Source: Armatimonadota bacterium
GTDB lineage: Bacteria > Armatimonadota > SYMT01
Direction of reading: 5' to 3'
Length of the DNA stretch: 64,000 nucleotides
Assembly (NCBI GenBank): GCA_046292385.1
Contig: JBKBRF010000025.1
Location: 33,662-97,661, forward strand
Shown here: positions 1 to 10,993 of the stretch, piece by piece
Position numbering within the stretch: the first letter of the stretch is position 1
Layout: each line of letters begins with the position of its first letter
Notes under the pieces: generated by a model
Told to the model about the DNA's origin: nothing
Database searches by the model: none
The model's input: the letters and a program-made list of their open reading frames with translations, nothing else
Program-made: the position numbers and the translations under genes

Positions 1-2135
1 AGGGCGGCGGCCTCGACGGCAGTGAAGTCCTGGCCGGTCTTCTCCGGGCCGAGGGCTACGGAACGCGACGGAGGCTCGAACAGGTAGCCCTGCCGGGACG
101 GAGTGACCGTGTAGGAGCCGGCTACCAGACCCTCGAGCGCATAGTCTCCCGCGGCGTCGGTGAGCACGGTAGAGCCGCCAGCCGTGACCGAGACTCCTGC
201 CAGCCCCGCTCCGCCCGCGCGGATGCGCCCCGTGATCCGGTACGTCACCCGCTGGGCCGAGAAATCGATCGCGGACGCATCCGGCCCGACGATCACCTGG
301 TGCGATGCCGGGGAGAAGGTGTACTCCGTCTTGCTCGCGGTTACGGTGTAGGTCCCGGCCGGCAGCGGCGGCAGGAGGTAGGCGCCGTCCGCTCCGGTGG
401 TCGCCGTCTCACCGCCGGCTTCCACCGTGACTCCGGAGAGCCCGGCGCCGTCGAGCGTGACGGTGCCGCCGATCCGGTAGGCCGGGGTCCCCACGAAGTC
501 TTGCCCGGTCTGGTCCGGCCCGACCGAGACCAGGCGGCTCTCCGGCGCGAAGCGGTATCCGGCCCGGGAGGCGGTCAGCTCGTAGATCGCCGGCGCGAGC
601 CCGGAGAACGAGTAGGTGCCGTCCGCCGCGGTGATGGTCGACCGCCCGTCGGCGGAGATCGTCACGCCGGAGAGCGGCGATCCGCCCGCCGTCACGCGCC
701 CGGAAACCTGGTAGCCGGCGCGAGTCTCTACCGAAAGGGACGACGCGCTGAGCGACCCGTCCGTGGGCGTAACCTGGCACCGGAGCAGGTCGCCCCACTG
801 GAACAGGCCGTGCGGAATCGCGTCTGAGAGCGCAGCGGAGGTGACGTCGCGGACCGTGGCCCCGTTCACCGTCCACTGGTAGCGAAACCGCACGATGTCG
901 TAGTCGGGATCGTCCCGGACGAGCGGCGCGTTCACGCGGCAGAAGACGACCTGGCTGGGAGCCGGGCGCGGGGGATCGAAGGCGGCGCTCGCGGCGGAGA
1001 ACGGAGCCCGGTTGACCGGAGAGGCGCCCGCGGCGATCACCGTCAGCGGCACCTGCGTCACCAGCGTCCCGTTCATCGTCAGCTCCAGCGTCCAGGAGCC
1101 GGCGGTATCGAGGTCCAGGCTGTAGCGCCACCACCACCAGGAGCCGCGGTACGCCGTGTTGTTGTTCCGGCTCTGCGTGCCGCTGTCGTACCGGACGGTG
1201 CCGTTCGGCCGGAGGAACCGGACTCGCCAGGTGCTGAACGCCGGGAGGTTCTGGACTACCGCCCAGAACGCCACCGTGCGCGTGCCGGCAGTGAACGTGC
1301 CCGAGCGCGGCATGTCGAATGGCAGCCCGGGGTAGTCGGCCGGGTTGACGGCAGTGATGTTGAGGTCGCGGAGGTACAGCTCCCGGCGGATCGGCACCTG
1401 GCTCACCCAGTAGCTCTCCCCCGGGCGGGACGGGCCGGCATACGGCTCGTACCAGGTGTTGTTGTGGCGCGACTCGAAGTGGAGGTGCGGACCCGTGCTG
1501 AATCCGCTGCTGGCGGTGAGCCCGAGCTGCGTCCCCGCCTTCACCATCTGCCCGAGGGCCACTGCTACGCTGCCGCGCTTCAGGTGCCAGTACATGGTGA
1601 AGTGGGTGCCGCCGTGATGCAGCACCACGTAGTTCGCGGGCACGTTCGGAGCCGTGGTGTTCTGGTCCGGCTCACCATCGTGCACCGCAGTCACCTGCCC
1701 GTCCAGAGCGGCGAAGATCGGCACGCCGATCTCCTGCTCGCCGAACGATTTCAGGTCGACGTCGTGGCCCTGGTGCCCGTCGTACGTAAAGTTGGTGCCG
1801 TCCCAGTCGAGGATGCCGCTCGAGGGGTCGAGATCGACGAAGTTGTTGCCGAAGAGGTCCTGCCAGAGCGTGCCGGCCTGCGGGTGGAACGGATACTTCG
1901 GCAGGCTGCCGTGATCCAGCGCCCGCAGCTTGCCGTAGCGTCGCACGAACTCGGCCGCCTGGCGCTCCGCCAGCAGCCGCTCCGCCGGCGAGACACAGAC
2001 GTCCCGCCGGGGCGCCAGCTCCCCGCCCCCCGATCCGATCAGCGCATCGGGGCCCGCGGCGCGCGTCGGACCTCCCGCGAGCAGCAGGGCCACGAGGGCG
2101 CCGAAGAAGAGGAGCAAAGGGGCGATCCGGTGCAT
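1..2135 (-). CDS. Secreted M23 family metallopeptidase with C-terminal carboxypeptidase-regulatory/Cna-B-like repeats (3' end runs off the window)
   Basis: Not in the ORF track because there is no stop in the window. Manual translation from ATG 2135: MHRIAPLLLFFGALVALLLAG signal peptide, YDGHQGHD (HxxxD), MYWHLK, GFSTGPHLHFE (HxH), then three ~75-aa repeats of the type Y.(V/I).G...GL.GV.....T.A.G.Y....L..G.Y.....Y.F.P. Confidence 0.85.
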   Translation of the reverse strand, partial: MHRIAPLLLFFGALVALLLAGGPTRAAGPDALIGSGGGELAPRRDVCVSPAERLLAERQAAEFVRRYGKLRALDHGSLPKYPFHPQAGTLWQDLFGNNFVDLDPSSGILDWDGTNFTYDGHQGHDVDLKSFGEQEIGVPIFAALDGQVTAVHDGEPDQNTTAPNVPANYVVLHHGGTHFTMYWHLKRGSVAVALGQMVKAGTQLGLTASSGFSTGPHLHFESRHNNTWYEPYAGPSRPGESYWVSQVPIRRELYLRDLNITAVNPADYPGLPFDMPRSGTFTAGTRTVAFWAVVQNLPAFSTWRVRFLRPNGTVRYDSGTQSRNNNTAYRGSWWWWRYSLDLDTAGSWTLELTMNGTLVTQVPLTVIAAGASPVNRAPFSAASAAFDPPRPAPSQVVFCRVNAPLVRDDPDYDIVRFRYQWTVNGATVRDVTSAALSDAIPHGLFQWGDLLRCQVTPTDGSLSASSLSVETRAGYQVSGRVTAGGSPLSGVTISADGRSTITAADGTYSFSGLAPAIYELTASRAGYRFAPESRLVSVGPDQTGQDFVGTPAYRIGGTVTLDGAGLSGVTVEAGGETATTGADGAYLLPPLPAGTYTVTASKTEYTFSPASHQVIVGPDASAIDFSAQRVTYRITGRIRAGGAGLAGVSVTAGGSTVLTDAAGDYALEGLVAGSYTVTPSRQGYLFEPPSRSVALGPEKTGQDFTAVEAAA

Positions 2136-2392
2136 CGGGTGTCTCGCAGGAGGGGGTGAGCGGGCGATAGAAGGGGGCGGTCGGTCCATCGCTGGGGAAG
2201 CGGGGAAGGGGCGGACCAGGAACAGATTGTGCGCGCTTCCAATCCCCTCCTCCGCCCGGTTGCCGGCGGGCTCGCGCGACAACGCGCCGCCGTGGGAAGC
2301 CCCACAAACACGAGGAGCCTCTCCCGCCGGAGGCGAACTGAGTTGCCGGAGCCGGCCGCTCCCCCGAACTGGCGGCCTCTTACTTCGACCCG

Positions 2393-4777
2393 ATGATGCG
2401 ACGAACCCAACTCCTGCCGTTTCTCTGTCTCACCACGCTGCTCGCCCTGGGAGCAGGGTCTGGAGCCTCGCTTTCGGCCCAGGATGCCTGGAAGCCGGCC
2501 TCCGCGCCGCTGATGACTCGCTGGGCGAAGGACGTGTCCCCGGAGCGGGTGCGTCCGGAGTATCCCCGCCCGCTGCTGCAGCGGAAGGAGTGGCAGAGCC
2601 TGAACGGGCTCTGGGAGTTTGCGTTCGACGACCGCAACCAGGGCCGCACCGCCGGCTGGCAGAGCGGCAAGCCGCTCCCGCAGCGCATCCTGGTGCCGTT
2701 CACCTACGAGGCGGCGCTCTCCGGGATCGGCAAGGGGACGGAGATCCACGAGCGGGTCTGGTACCGCCGCAGCTTCCAGGTGCCGCAGGGGTGGCGGGAC
2801 CGCCGCGTGCGGCTGAACTTCAACGCGAGCGACTGGGAGACCACCGTCTGGGTGAACGGCAAGGAGCTGGGCAGCCACCGGGGCGGGTACGACCCGTTCT
2901 CCTTCGACATCACCGATGCCCTCAAGCCGGAATCGGAGCAGGAGGTCGTGGTAGCGATCTACGATCCCGCCGACCCGCGCCGCGGCGCCTACCAGCCGAA
3001 GGGGAAGCAGCTCGGCAGCGAGGGGATCTGGTACACCCGCACCACCGGCATCTGGCAGTCGGTCTGGCTGGAGCCGCTCCACCCCGCCGCGCTGGAGATC
3101 GCGGAGCTGAAGACCGGGGTCGATCCGGAGACCCGCCTGGGACAGGTGACGGTCGGCTTCATCGTCCGCGACCCGCGGGAGACCACGGTGGAGATGGAGG
3201 TCTCCCGCAACGGGCGCACCCTCGGCAAGCAGCACTTCGTCCAGCACATCGGCAGAGGGGCCCAGCCGCGCATCGCGTACGTCGGCGAGGTGGTGAAGAA
3301 GGCGGAGCTCTGGTCGCCGGAGAAGCCGGTCCTCTACGACCTCACCTTCCGGGCGAAGCAGAACGGCCGGGTGGTCGACGAGGTGAAGAGCTACTGCGCC
3401 TTCCGCCGGTACGACATCCGGGACGGGCGCCTCTGCCTGAACGGCAAGCCGTACCTGCTGCGCGGCGTGCTGGACCAGGGCTACTGGCCGGACGGCATCC
3501 TGACGCCGCCGACCGACGAGGCGATCCGGTACGACGTGGAGATGACGAAGAAGCTCGGCTTCAACATGTCTCGGAAGCACGTGAAGGTGGAGGACCCGCG
3601 CTGGTACTACTGGTGCGACCGCCTCGGCGTGGCGGTCTGGCAGGACATGCCGTCGGCGCACAACCTCGCGTCCCAGGAGGCGAAGGACAACTTCCGCCGC
3701 GAGTGGACGGAGGTGATCCGCACCACCGGCAGCTACCCCTCCGTGCTGCACTGGATCCCGTTTAACGAGAACTGGGGCGACCCGGGCGCGTTCCAGGACG
3801 AGATGGTCGTCCTCACCCGCTCGCTCGATCCGACCCGCCCGATCACCGACGCCTCCGGCTGGACCCAGCGGTCGCTCACCGACGTGATCGACGTCCACGA
3901 CTACTCGAACGACCTGGCGAAGCACGCGGTGGCGAACCCGGTGAAGCCGAAGGTGATCGGCGAGTACGGTGGGGTGGCGCTGCCGATCCCCGGCCACACC
4001 TGGTCGCAGGGGTGGGGCTACCAGACGGTGCGGAACGCGGACGGGCTGGTCCGCCGCATCGGCTCCCAGACGACACAGATCTTCGAGGCGGCGAACCTCT
4101 CCGGCTTCGTCTACACGCAGCTCACCGACGTGGAGCAGGAGCTCAACGGCCTACTCACCTACGACCGCATCCCGAAGACCGACCCGAAGCGGTTCGCGCA
4201 GATCTTCGAGGGCAAGGCGCGGTACGAGCCGATCGGGGGCTTCGTGAAGGACTGGCTGGTGCTCGGCCCGATCCCGACCGGTACCACCCTGCGCACCGCG
4301 GAGAACAACGACGCGAACCGCGCGCAGCTCCAGCGGATCCTCAGCCGGTCGTTCATCGCCAACGAGGGGAACCTGGATCCGCGCGACGGGGAGACGGTAG
4401 AGGCGGCCGGCGCGCGCGTGCGCTGGACCCGCGCCCGGGCCGAGAACGACGTGCTCGACTTCCACCGCGTCTTCGGCCGGGAGACCGGCAACGCCGTCGT
4501 CTACGCCGTCGCCGAGATCGACGTCCCTCGCGAGGTGAAGAACGCCACCCTGCTCTTCGGCTCCGACGACGCGGCCAAGGTCTGGCTGAACGGCGAGGAG
4601 GTCTGGAGCGTCACCCAGGTGCGCGGAGCCGGTCCGGACAGCGACGTCGTCCCGGGCCTCACGCTAAAGCGCGGCCGCAATCTCCTGGTGGTGAAGGTGG
4701 GACAGGGCATCGGGGGCTGGGGCGTGGTCGCCCGGTTCGAGACCGCGGACGGAAAAACGATTCCGGCCGGTCCGTAG
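2393..4777 (+). CDS. Glycoside hydrolase family 2, secreted, with extra C-terminal PA14-like domain
   Basis: Signal peptide; PEYPRP...LNGLWEF, HRGGYDPF, LDQGYWPDG, FNENWG, IGEYGG, YTQLTDVEQELNG; tail with FGSDDAAKVWLNG. Confidence 0.9.
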   Translation: MMRRTQLLPFLCLTTLLALGAGSGASLSAQDAWKPASAPLMTRWAKDVSPERVRPEYPRPLLQRKEWQSLNGLWEFAFDDRNQGRTAGWQSGKPLPQRILVPFTYEAALSGIGKGTEIHERVWYRRSFQVPQGWRDRRVRLNFNASDWETTVWVNGKELGSHRGGYDPFSFDITDALKPESEQEVVVAIYDPADPRRGAYQPKGKQLGSEGIWYTRTTGIWQSVWLEPLHPAALEIAELKTGVDPETRLGQVTVGFIVRDPRETTVEMEVSRNGRTLGKQHFVQHIGRGAQPRIAYVGEVVKKAELWSPEKPVLYDLTFRAKQNGRVVDEVKSYCAFRRYDIRDGRLCLNGKPYLLRGVLDQGYWPDGILTPPTDEAIRYDVEMTKKLGFNMSRKHVKVEDPRWYYWCDRLGVAVWQDMPSAHNLASQEAKDNFRREWTEVIRTTGSYPSVLHWIPFNENWGDPGAFQDEMVVLTRSLDPTRPITDASGWTQRSLTDVIDVHDYSNDLAKHAVANPVKPKVIGEYGGVALPIPGHTWSQGWGYQTVRNADGLVRRIGSQTTQIFEAANLSGFVYTQLTDVEQELNGLLTYDRIPKTDPKRFAQIFEGKARYEPIGGFVKDWLVLGPIPTGTTLRTAENNDANRAQLQRILSRSFIANEGNLDPRDGETVEAAGARVRWTRARAENDVLDFHRVFGRETGNAVVYAVAEIDVPREVKNATLLFGSDDAAKVWLNGEEVWSVTQVRGAGPDSDVVPGLTLKRGRNLLVVKVGQGIGGWGVVARFETADGKTIPAGP

Positions 4778-4810
4778 TAGATAGATCTAAACGCGTGTCA
4801 GGAGATCAAG

Positions 4811-5023
4811 GTGAAATATCGAGTGTTGCTTGAGCAAGATGAAGATGGCGCCTTCGTAGCTCAGGTGCCGTCACTCCCAGGCTGTATCTCCGGCGGAGCG
4901 ACCCGCAGAGAAGCGCTCGCAAATATCCGCGAGGCGATCGCCGGTTACCTGGAGAGCCTGGAGAAACACGGAGAGCCGGTCCCGCCGCCGATCACTGAGG
5001 AGTTGATTGAGGTGTCCGTGTGA
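4811..5023 (+). CDS. hicB: HicB family antitoxin (short form, no DNA-binding domain)
   Basis: EDGAFVAQVPSLPGCISGGATRREALANIREAI motif; RBS GGAG before GTG. Confidence 0.9.
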   Translation: MKYRVLLEQDEDGAFVAQVPSLPGCISGGATRREALANIREAIAGYLESLEKHGEPVPPPITEELIEVSV

Positions 5024-5247
5024 GCTCTCGCCTGCCGGTGGTCTCCGGAAGCGATGTGGTTCGCGCACTTCGGAAGATCGGATACGAGCCGGACCACCAG
5101 CGAGGTAGTCATACGGTGCTGCGGCAGGGAGATGCGCCCCATCGCCGCGTTACGGTACCGGACCACAATCCGCTGGCGAAAGGCACACTGCGAGCAATTC
5201 TGCGCGAGGTCGGGCTCACCGTAGACGAGTTCCGAGCCCTACTATAG
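5020..5247 (+). CDS. hicA: HicA family mRNA interferase toxin
   Basis: VVRALRKIGY..HQRGSH...VTVP.H.PLAKGTLRAILREVG; GTGA overlap with hicB. Confidence 0.9.
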   Translation: MSSRLPVVSGSDVVRALRKIGYEPDHQRGSHTVLRQGDAPHRRVTVPDHNPLAKGTLRAILREVGLTVDEFRALL

Positions 5248-5267
5248 ATCACCGTCTAAAGAAGCCC

Positions 5268-8200
5268 ATGAAGCGAAGTAAGTCTCATCCATCCCGACGT
5301 CACCGCGCGCTGGCGGCGCTCGGCGTGCTGCTGCCGGGGGTGGCGGCGCTCGCCGCAGCGGCCGCGCCGGACGGGCCGGCGGTCGATTTCAACCGGGACG
5401 TCAAGCCGATCCTGGCGGAGAACTGCTTTGCCTGCCACGGGGCGGACGGCGGCAAGCGGATGGCCGGCCTGCGCCTCGATACGCTGGAGGGGGCGCTCCA
5501 CCCCGCCGCTTCCGGGAAGAAGGCGCTGGTCCCCGGCAAGCCGGAGGAAAGCGAGCTGCTGAAGCGAGTGGTGGCCACCGACGCCCGCGTGATGCCGCCC
5601 GCCGCCACGGGGAAGAAGCTGACCCCGGCACAGATCGACACGCTGCGCCGCTGGATCGCGCAGGGCGGCAAGTACGCCGACCACTGGGCCTACCTGCCGA
5701 TCCAGCGCCCGGCGGTGCCGAAGGTGAAGAACGCGAAGTGGCCGCTCAGCACGCCGGACCGCTTCGTCCTGGCGCGGCTGGAGAAGGAGGGGCTGAAGCC
5801 GTCGCCGGAGGCGGACCGCCGTACGCTGATCCGCCGCGTCTCCCTCGACCTCACCGGACTGCCGCCGAAGCCGGAAGAGGTGGAGGCGTTCGTCGCCGAT
5901 AAGTCGCCGGATGCCTACGAGAAGGTGGTCGACCGCCTCCTCGCCTCCCCCCACTACGGCGAGCGGATGGCGGTCTACTGGCTCGACCTGGTGCGCTACG
6001 CGGACACCGTCGGCTACCACGGCGACCAGGACTACAACATCTGGCCGTATCGCGACTACGTGATCCGCAGCTTCAACGAGAACAAGCGGTTCGACCAGTT
6101 CACGAGGGAGCAGCTCGCGGGCGACCTGCTGGCCGGGGACGCGAAGCCGGAGCCGGGCTCGCAGGCGCGCGCGCAGCTCGTCGCCTCCGGGTACAACCGG
6201 CTCGGCATGATGAGCGCCGAGGGCGGCGTGCAGGACAAGGAGTACCTCGCCAAGTACGCCGCGGAGCGGGTGCGGAACACCTCCACCGTCTGGATGGGCT
6301 CCACGCTCGGCTGCGCGGAGTGCCACGACCACAAGTTCGACCCGTTCACCGCCAAGGACTTCTACCGGTTCGCCGCCTTCTTCGCGGACCTGACCGAGAA
6401 GGGCTTCTACGACGGCGGCTACGGCCGCGACGACTGGGGCCCCAGCCTCAAGCTCCCCACACCGGAGCAGCAGTCCCGCCTTTCGCAGCTCGACCGGGAA
6501 CTGGAGGAGGCGAAGAAAGCGCTCGCCGCCGTCTCCGACGAGGCGCTTGCCGGGGGCCGGGGGCGCTGGGAGCAGCAGGTGCGCGCCCTCGACGCCGAAA
6601 AGGCGCTCGGATGGAAGTCGCCGCGTCCGGTCGAGCTCGCCTCCTCCGGCGGCTCCACGCTGGAGATGCTGGGCGACGGCTCGGTCCTGGTGAAAGGCGA
6701 GCTTCCGGCGCGCGACACTTACCAGGTGGAGCTGCCGGTGTCTGGTGAGATTACCGCCGTCCGCCTGGAGGCGATCCCGGACGGCTCCCTGCCGGGGTCT
6801 GCGATCTCTCGCGCGGGCTACTACTTCGTGACCAGCGAGATCGAGGTGGCGGTCCAGAACGGCTCCGGCGCGCCGCAGCCGCTGCGCCTGGCCGCTGCCA
6901 GCGCGAACATGGCCGACGAGGGCTATCCGGCCTACGCGCTGATCGACGGCAAGCCGGAAACCGGGTGGGCGAAGGTGCTGCCGGCCGGCGGATCGCGCGT
7001 CGCCGTGATCCAGCTTGAAGAGCCGATCCGCGCCGCCGAGGGGACCCGGCTGGTGGTGCGCGTGAAGCACGACGCCGATCCGCACAAGAACATCGGCCGC
7101 TTCCGTGTCTCCGTCACCGGCGTTCCGGGCGCCGACGTGAGTCCGCAGGCGCTCCCGGATAACGTGCTGGCGGCGATCCGCAAGGAGCCCTCCGCCCGCA
7201 GCGCGGACGAGGCGAAGCTGGTCGCCGCCCACTACCGGACGGTTGCGCCGGAGTTGGAAGCGGCGCGGCGGCGGGTCCACCAGCTCGAAGGAGAGCGGAG
7301 CATCCTGACCGGCGTCATCCCCCAGACGCTCGTCTCCAAAGCGCGCGAGCCGCGCGTGATGCGCGTGCTGCCGCGCGGCAACTGGATGGACGACTCCGGC
7401 GAGGTGGTGCAGCCCGGGGCCCCGGAGTTCCTGAACCCGCCCGCGAAGCAGGGCCGCGCCACCCGCCTCGACCTGGCGAACTGGCTCGTGTCCCCGGAGA
7501 ACCCGCTCACCGCCCGCGTGCTGGCGAACCGGCTCTGGAAGCTGTTCTACGGGATCGGCCCCGCCAAGAGCCTCGACGACTTCGGCGCCCAGGGCGAGCC
7601 ACCGGTGCACCCGGAGCTGCTCGACTGGCTTGCCGGCGAGCTGATCCGCAGCGGCTGGGACGTGAAGCAGCTGGTGCGGCGGATGGTCACCACCCGCACC
7701 TACCGCCAGCGCTCCGACGCCGATCCGAAGCTGCTGGCCCGCGATCCGTACAACCGGCTCTACGCCCGGCAGAGCGCCGTCCGGCTCGACGCCGAGTTCA
7801 TCCGCGACGTCGCGCTCTCCGCCAGCGGCCTGCTGAAGCGGGAGATCGGCGGGCCGAGCGTCTACCCGTACCAGCCCGCCGGCTACCTCGCGCCGCTCAA
7901 CTTCCCCACGCGGGAGTGGGCGGCGGATACCGGCCCCGCGCTCTACCGGCGGGCGCTCTACACCCACTGGCAGCGGACCTTCGTCCATCCCAGCCTGCTC
8001 GCCTTCGACGCCCCGACCCGTGAGGAGTGCACCGCCCAGCGGGTGGTCTCCAACACGCCGATGCAGGCGCTGGTGCTGCTGAACGACCCGATCTTCGTGG
8101 AGGCGTCCCGCGTGTTCGCCCAGCGGATCCTGCGCGAAGGCGGCGAATCGCTGGAGAGCCGCGCCCGCTTCGCCTTCCGGACCGCCGTCTCCCGCGACCC

Positions 8201-8402
8201 GAGCGCCGAGGAGCTGAAGATCGTCCGCGAGCTCTACCACAACCGCCGCGCCCGCTACTCCGCGGACCGGAAGGAAGCGGAGAAAGCGATCCACGTCGGC
8301 GAGGCCCCCGTAGACCGGGAGCTCGACCCGGTAGAGCTGGCCACCTGGGCGACGATCGGCCGAGCGATTTTGAACCTCCACGAGACCATTACGAGGGGAT
8401 AG
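5268..8402 (+). CDS. Planctomycete-type cytochrome c protein (PSCyt1 + DUF1549 + DUF1553)
   Basis: VDFNRDVKPILAENCFACHG, LLASPHYGERMA.YWLDLVRY, CAECHDHKFDP, PPVHPELLDWLA, NTPMQALVLLND. Confidence 0.92.
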   Translation: MKRSKSHPSRRHRALAALGVLLPGVAALAAAAAPDGPAVDFNRDVKPILAENCFACHGADGGKRMAGLRLDTLEGALHPAASGKKALVPGKPEESELLKRVVATDARVMPPAATGKKLTPAQIDTLRRWIAQGGKYADHWAYLPIQRPAVPKVKNAKWPLSTPDRFVLARLEKEGLKPSPEADRRTLIRRVSLDLTGLPPKPEEVEAFVADKSPDAYEKVVDRLLASPHYGERMAVYWLDLVRYADTVGYHGDQDYNIWPYRDYVIRSFNENKRFDQFTREQLAGDLLAGDAKPEPGSQARAQLVASGYNRLGMMSAEGGVQDKEYLAKYAAERVRNTSTVWMGSTLGCAECHDHKFDPFTAKDFYRFAAFFADLTEKGFYDGGYGRDDWGPSLKLPTPEQQSRLSQLDRELEEAKKALAAVSDEALAGGRGRWEQQVRALDAEKALGWKSPRPVELASSGGSTLEMLGDGSVLVKGELPARDTYQVELPVSGEITAVRLEAIPDGSLPGSAISRAGYYFVTSEIEVAVQNGSGAPQPLRLAAASANMADEGYPAYALIDGKPETGWAKVLPAGGSRVAVIQLEEPIRAAEGTRLVVRVKHDADPHKNIGRFRVSVTGVPGADVSPQALPDNVLAAIRKEPSARSADEAKLVAAHYRTVAPELEAARRRVHQLEGERSILTGVIPQTLVSKAREPRVMRVLPRGNWMDDSGEVVQPGAPEFLNPPAKQGRATRLDLANWLVSPENPLTARVLANRLWKLFYGIGPAKSLDDFGAQGEPPVHPELLDWLAGELIRSGWDVKQLVRRMVTTRTYRQRSDADPKLLARDPYNRLYARQSAVRLDAEFIRDVALSASGLLKREIGGPSVYPYQPAGYLAPLNFPTREWAADTGPALYRRALYTHWQRTFVHPSLLAFDAPTREECTAQRVVSNTPMQALVLLNDPIFVEASRVFAQRILREGGESLESRARFAFRTAVSRDPSAEELKIVRELYHNRRARYSADRKEAEKAIHVGEAPVDRELDPVELATWATIGRAILNLHETITRG

Positions 8403-8423
8403 GGTCTAGGGTTTAGGGTGTAG
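8400..8423. repeat. Left arm of perfect 24-bp inverted repeat of TAGGGTN heptamers
   Basis: TAGGGTC TAGGGTT TAGGGTG TAG; exact reverse complement of 8801-8824; begins with the TAG stop of the upstream gene. Confidence 0.95.
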
Positions 8424-8433
8424 GACGTAACCG

Positions 8434-8811
8434 ATGGCGTTGAACTCTTACCGTGAGCTAAGCGTTTGGCAGAGGGGGATGGACCTCGCCGTCGCGTGCT
8501 ATCGCCTGACACAGGCGTTTCCGCGGGAAGAGCTATTCGGCCTCACCAGCCAGATCCGCCGCTCCGCCGCCGCAATCCCGGCCAACATCGCGGAAGGCTA
8601 CGGCCGCGGGCACCGTGCCGAATACGTGCAGTTCCTCCGGATCGCCCAGGGCAGCCTGAACGAGCTGGAAACCCACGTCACACTGGCGTCGAAAGTAGAA
8701 CTGCTCCACAACGATGCAGCTGGGCCCGTTCTGGCCCAGTGCGACGAACTGGGAAAGATGCTCGCCTCCCTCCTCCGCTCCCTCCAGCGGGAGAGTGGAG
8801 CTACACCCTAA
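8434..8811 (+). CDS. Four helix bundle protein (23S rRNA IVP / Avd-like family)
   Basis: SYRELSVWQRGMDL...FPREELFGLTSQIRRSA..IPANIAEG.GR...FL.IA.GSL.ELET. Confidence 0.93.
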   Translation: MALNSYRELSVWQRGMDLAVACYRLTQAFPREELFGLTSQIRRSAAAIPANIAEGYGRGHRAEYVQFLRIAQGSLNELETHVTLASKVELLHNDAAGPVLAQCDELGKMLASLLRSLQRESGATP

Positions 8812-8830
8812 ACCCTAGACCCTAAACCCT
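8801..8830. repeat. Right arm of heptamer inverted repeat
   Basis: CTACACCCTAAACCCTAGACCCTA(AACCCT); contains the TAA stop of the four-helix gene. Confidence 0.95.
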
Positions 8831-8874
8831 GCGCGCTTCGCCACTCGTGCGATGATGACGAAAGCGACACCACC

Positions 8875-10368
<1,494 letters not shown>

Positions 10369-10465
10369 CGGTGGTATCGAGAGCGACCGTAGGCCCGGCC
10401 AGTTACAGGGCAGTGTCTTAAGCGGTGCTGGCGAGTCCCGAGATCGGAGTACGGAGAACTTACCA

Positions 10466-10849
10466 GTGGGCGTGTCGCTATTCGATCGAAAGACTGACGA
10501 GATCGTCTTCGACATCAACTTCTGGCACTACCGCGCTATCGTAGAAGCTGTTCGCTCTTTGGGCGTTCTGCCTGATGAGCAAGTCGATCGCCTGCACGAG
10601 TCCTGGCAGGGCAACGGCTTAACCACCGAAGAAGCACGGCTTGTTGCGGCGGCAATGCGTGAACGGCTACTGCCAGCGCTCACCGGGGACGAGCGATTGC
10701 TTCTGGACGGACGACGGACGGAGGAGCCAGACGACGGCACGTTTTATCGGGAGCCCGACGAGCAACACAAGAACTACAGCACCAACCGAGACGTGCTGGA
10801 GGAGTTCGTCCGGTGCTGCGAGACGTGTAACGGTTTCAGGGTATGCTGA
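10466..10849 (+). CDS. Hypothetical protein, lower GC than flanks
   Basis: 127-aa ORF with natural composition; no family recognised. Confidence 0.7.
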   Translation: MGVSLFDRKTDEIVFDINFWHYRAIVEAVRSLGVLPDEQVDRLHESWQGNGLTTEEARLVAAAMRERLLPALTGDERLLLDGRRTEEPDDGTFYREPDEQHKNYSTNRDVLEEFVRCCETCNGFRVC

Positions 10850-10993
10850 GCGACAGTGATTCGTCTGCTTGCTTCGTGGTCCGGGAGGCTTCCGAGACCC
10901 CTCCTTAGTGCTGGATGAGGTAAGCAACAGGCGTGGCATCCGCTCGCTCTTCACCGGATTACAGTCGAGTTCCAATGATGGAGAGCCTGGTTG

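Noticed and set aside
5256..8381. Very long antisense ORFs (also 2039-3997, 26193-28295, and the 5' extension of 22321-25854)
   Set aside because: Shadows of real high-GC genes; no motifs and Arg/Gly/Ala-biased composition
8400..8423. Plant telomere contamination (TTTAGGG)
   Set aside because: Only 3-4 variant units, arranged as an inverted pair integrated with bacterial stop codons
8434..8811. Diversity-generating retroelement (Avd-like gene)
   Set aside because: No reverse transcriptase and no TR/VR pair seen in the window
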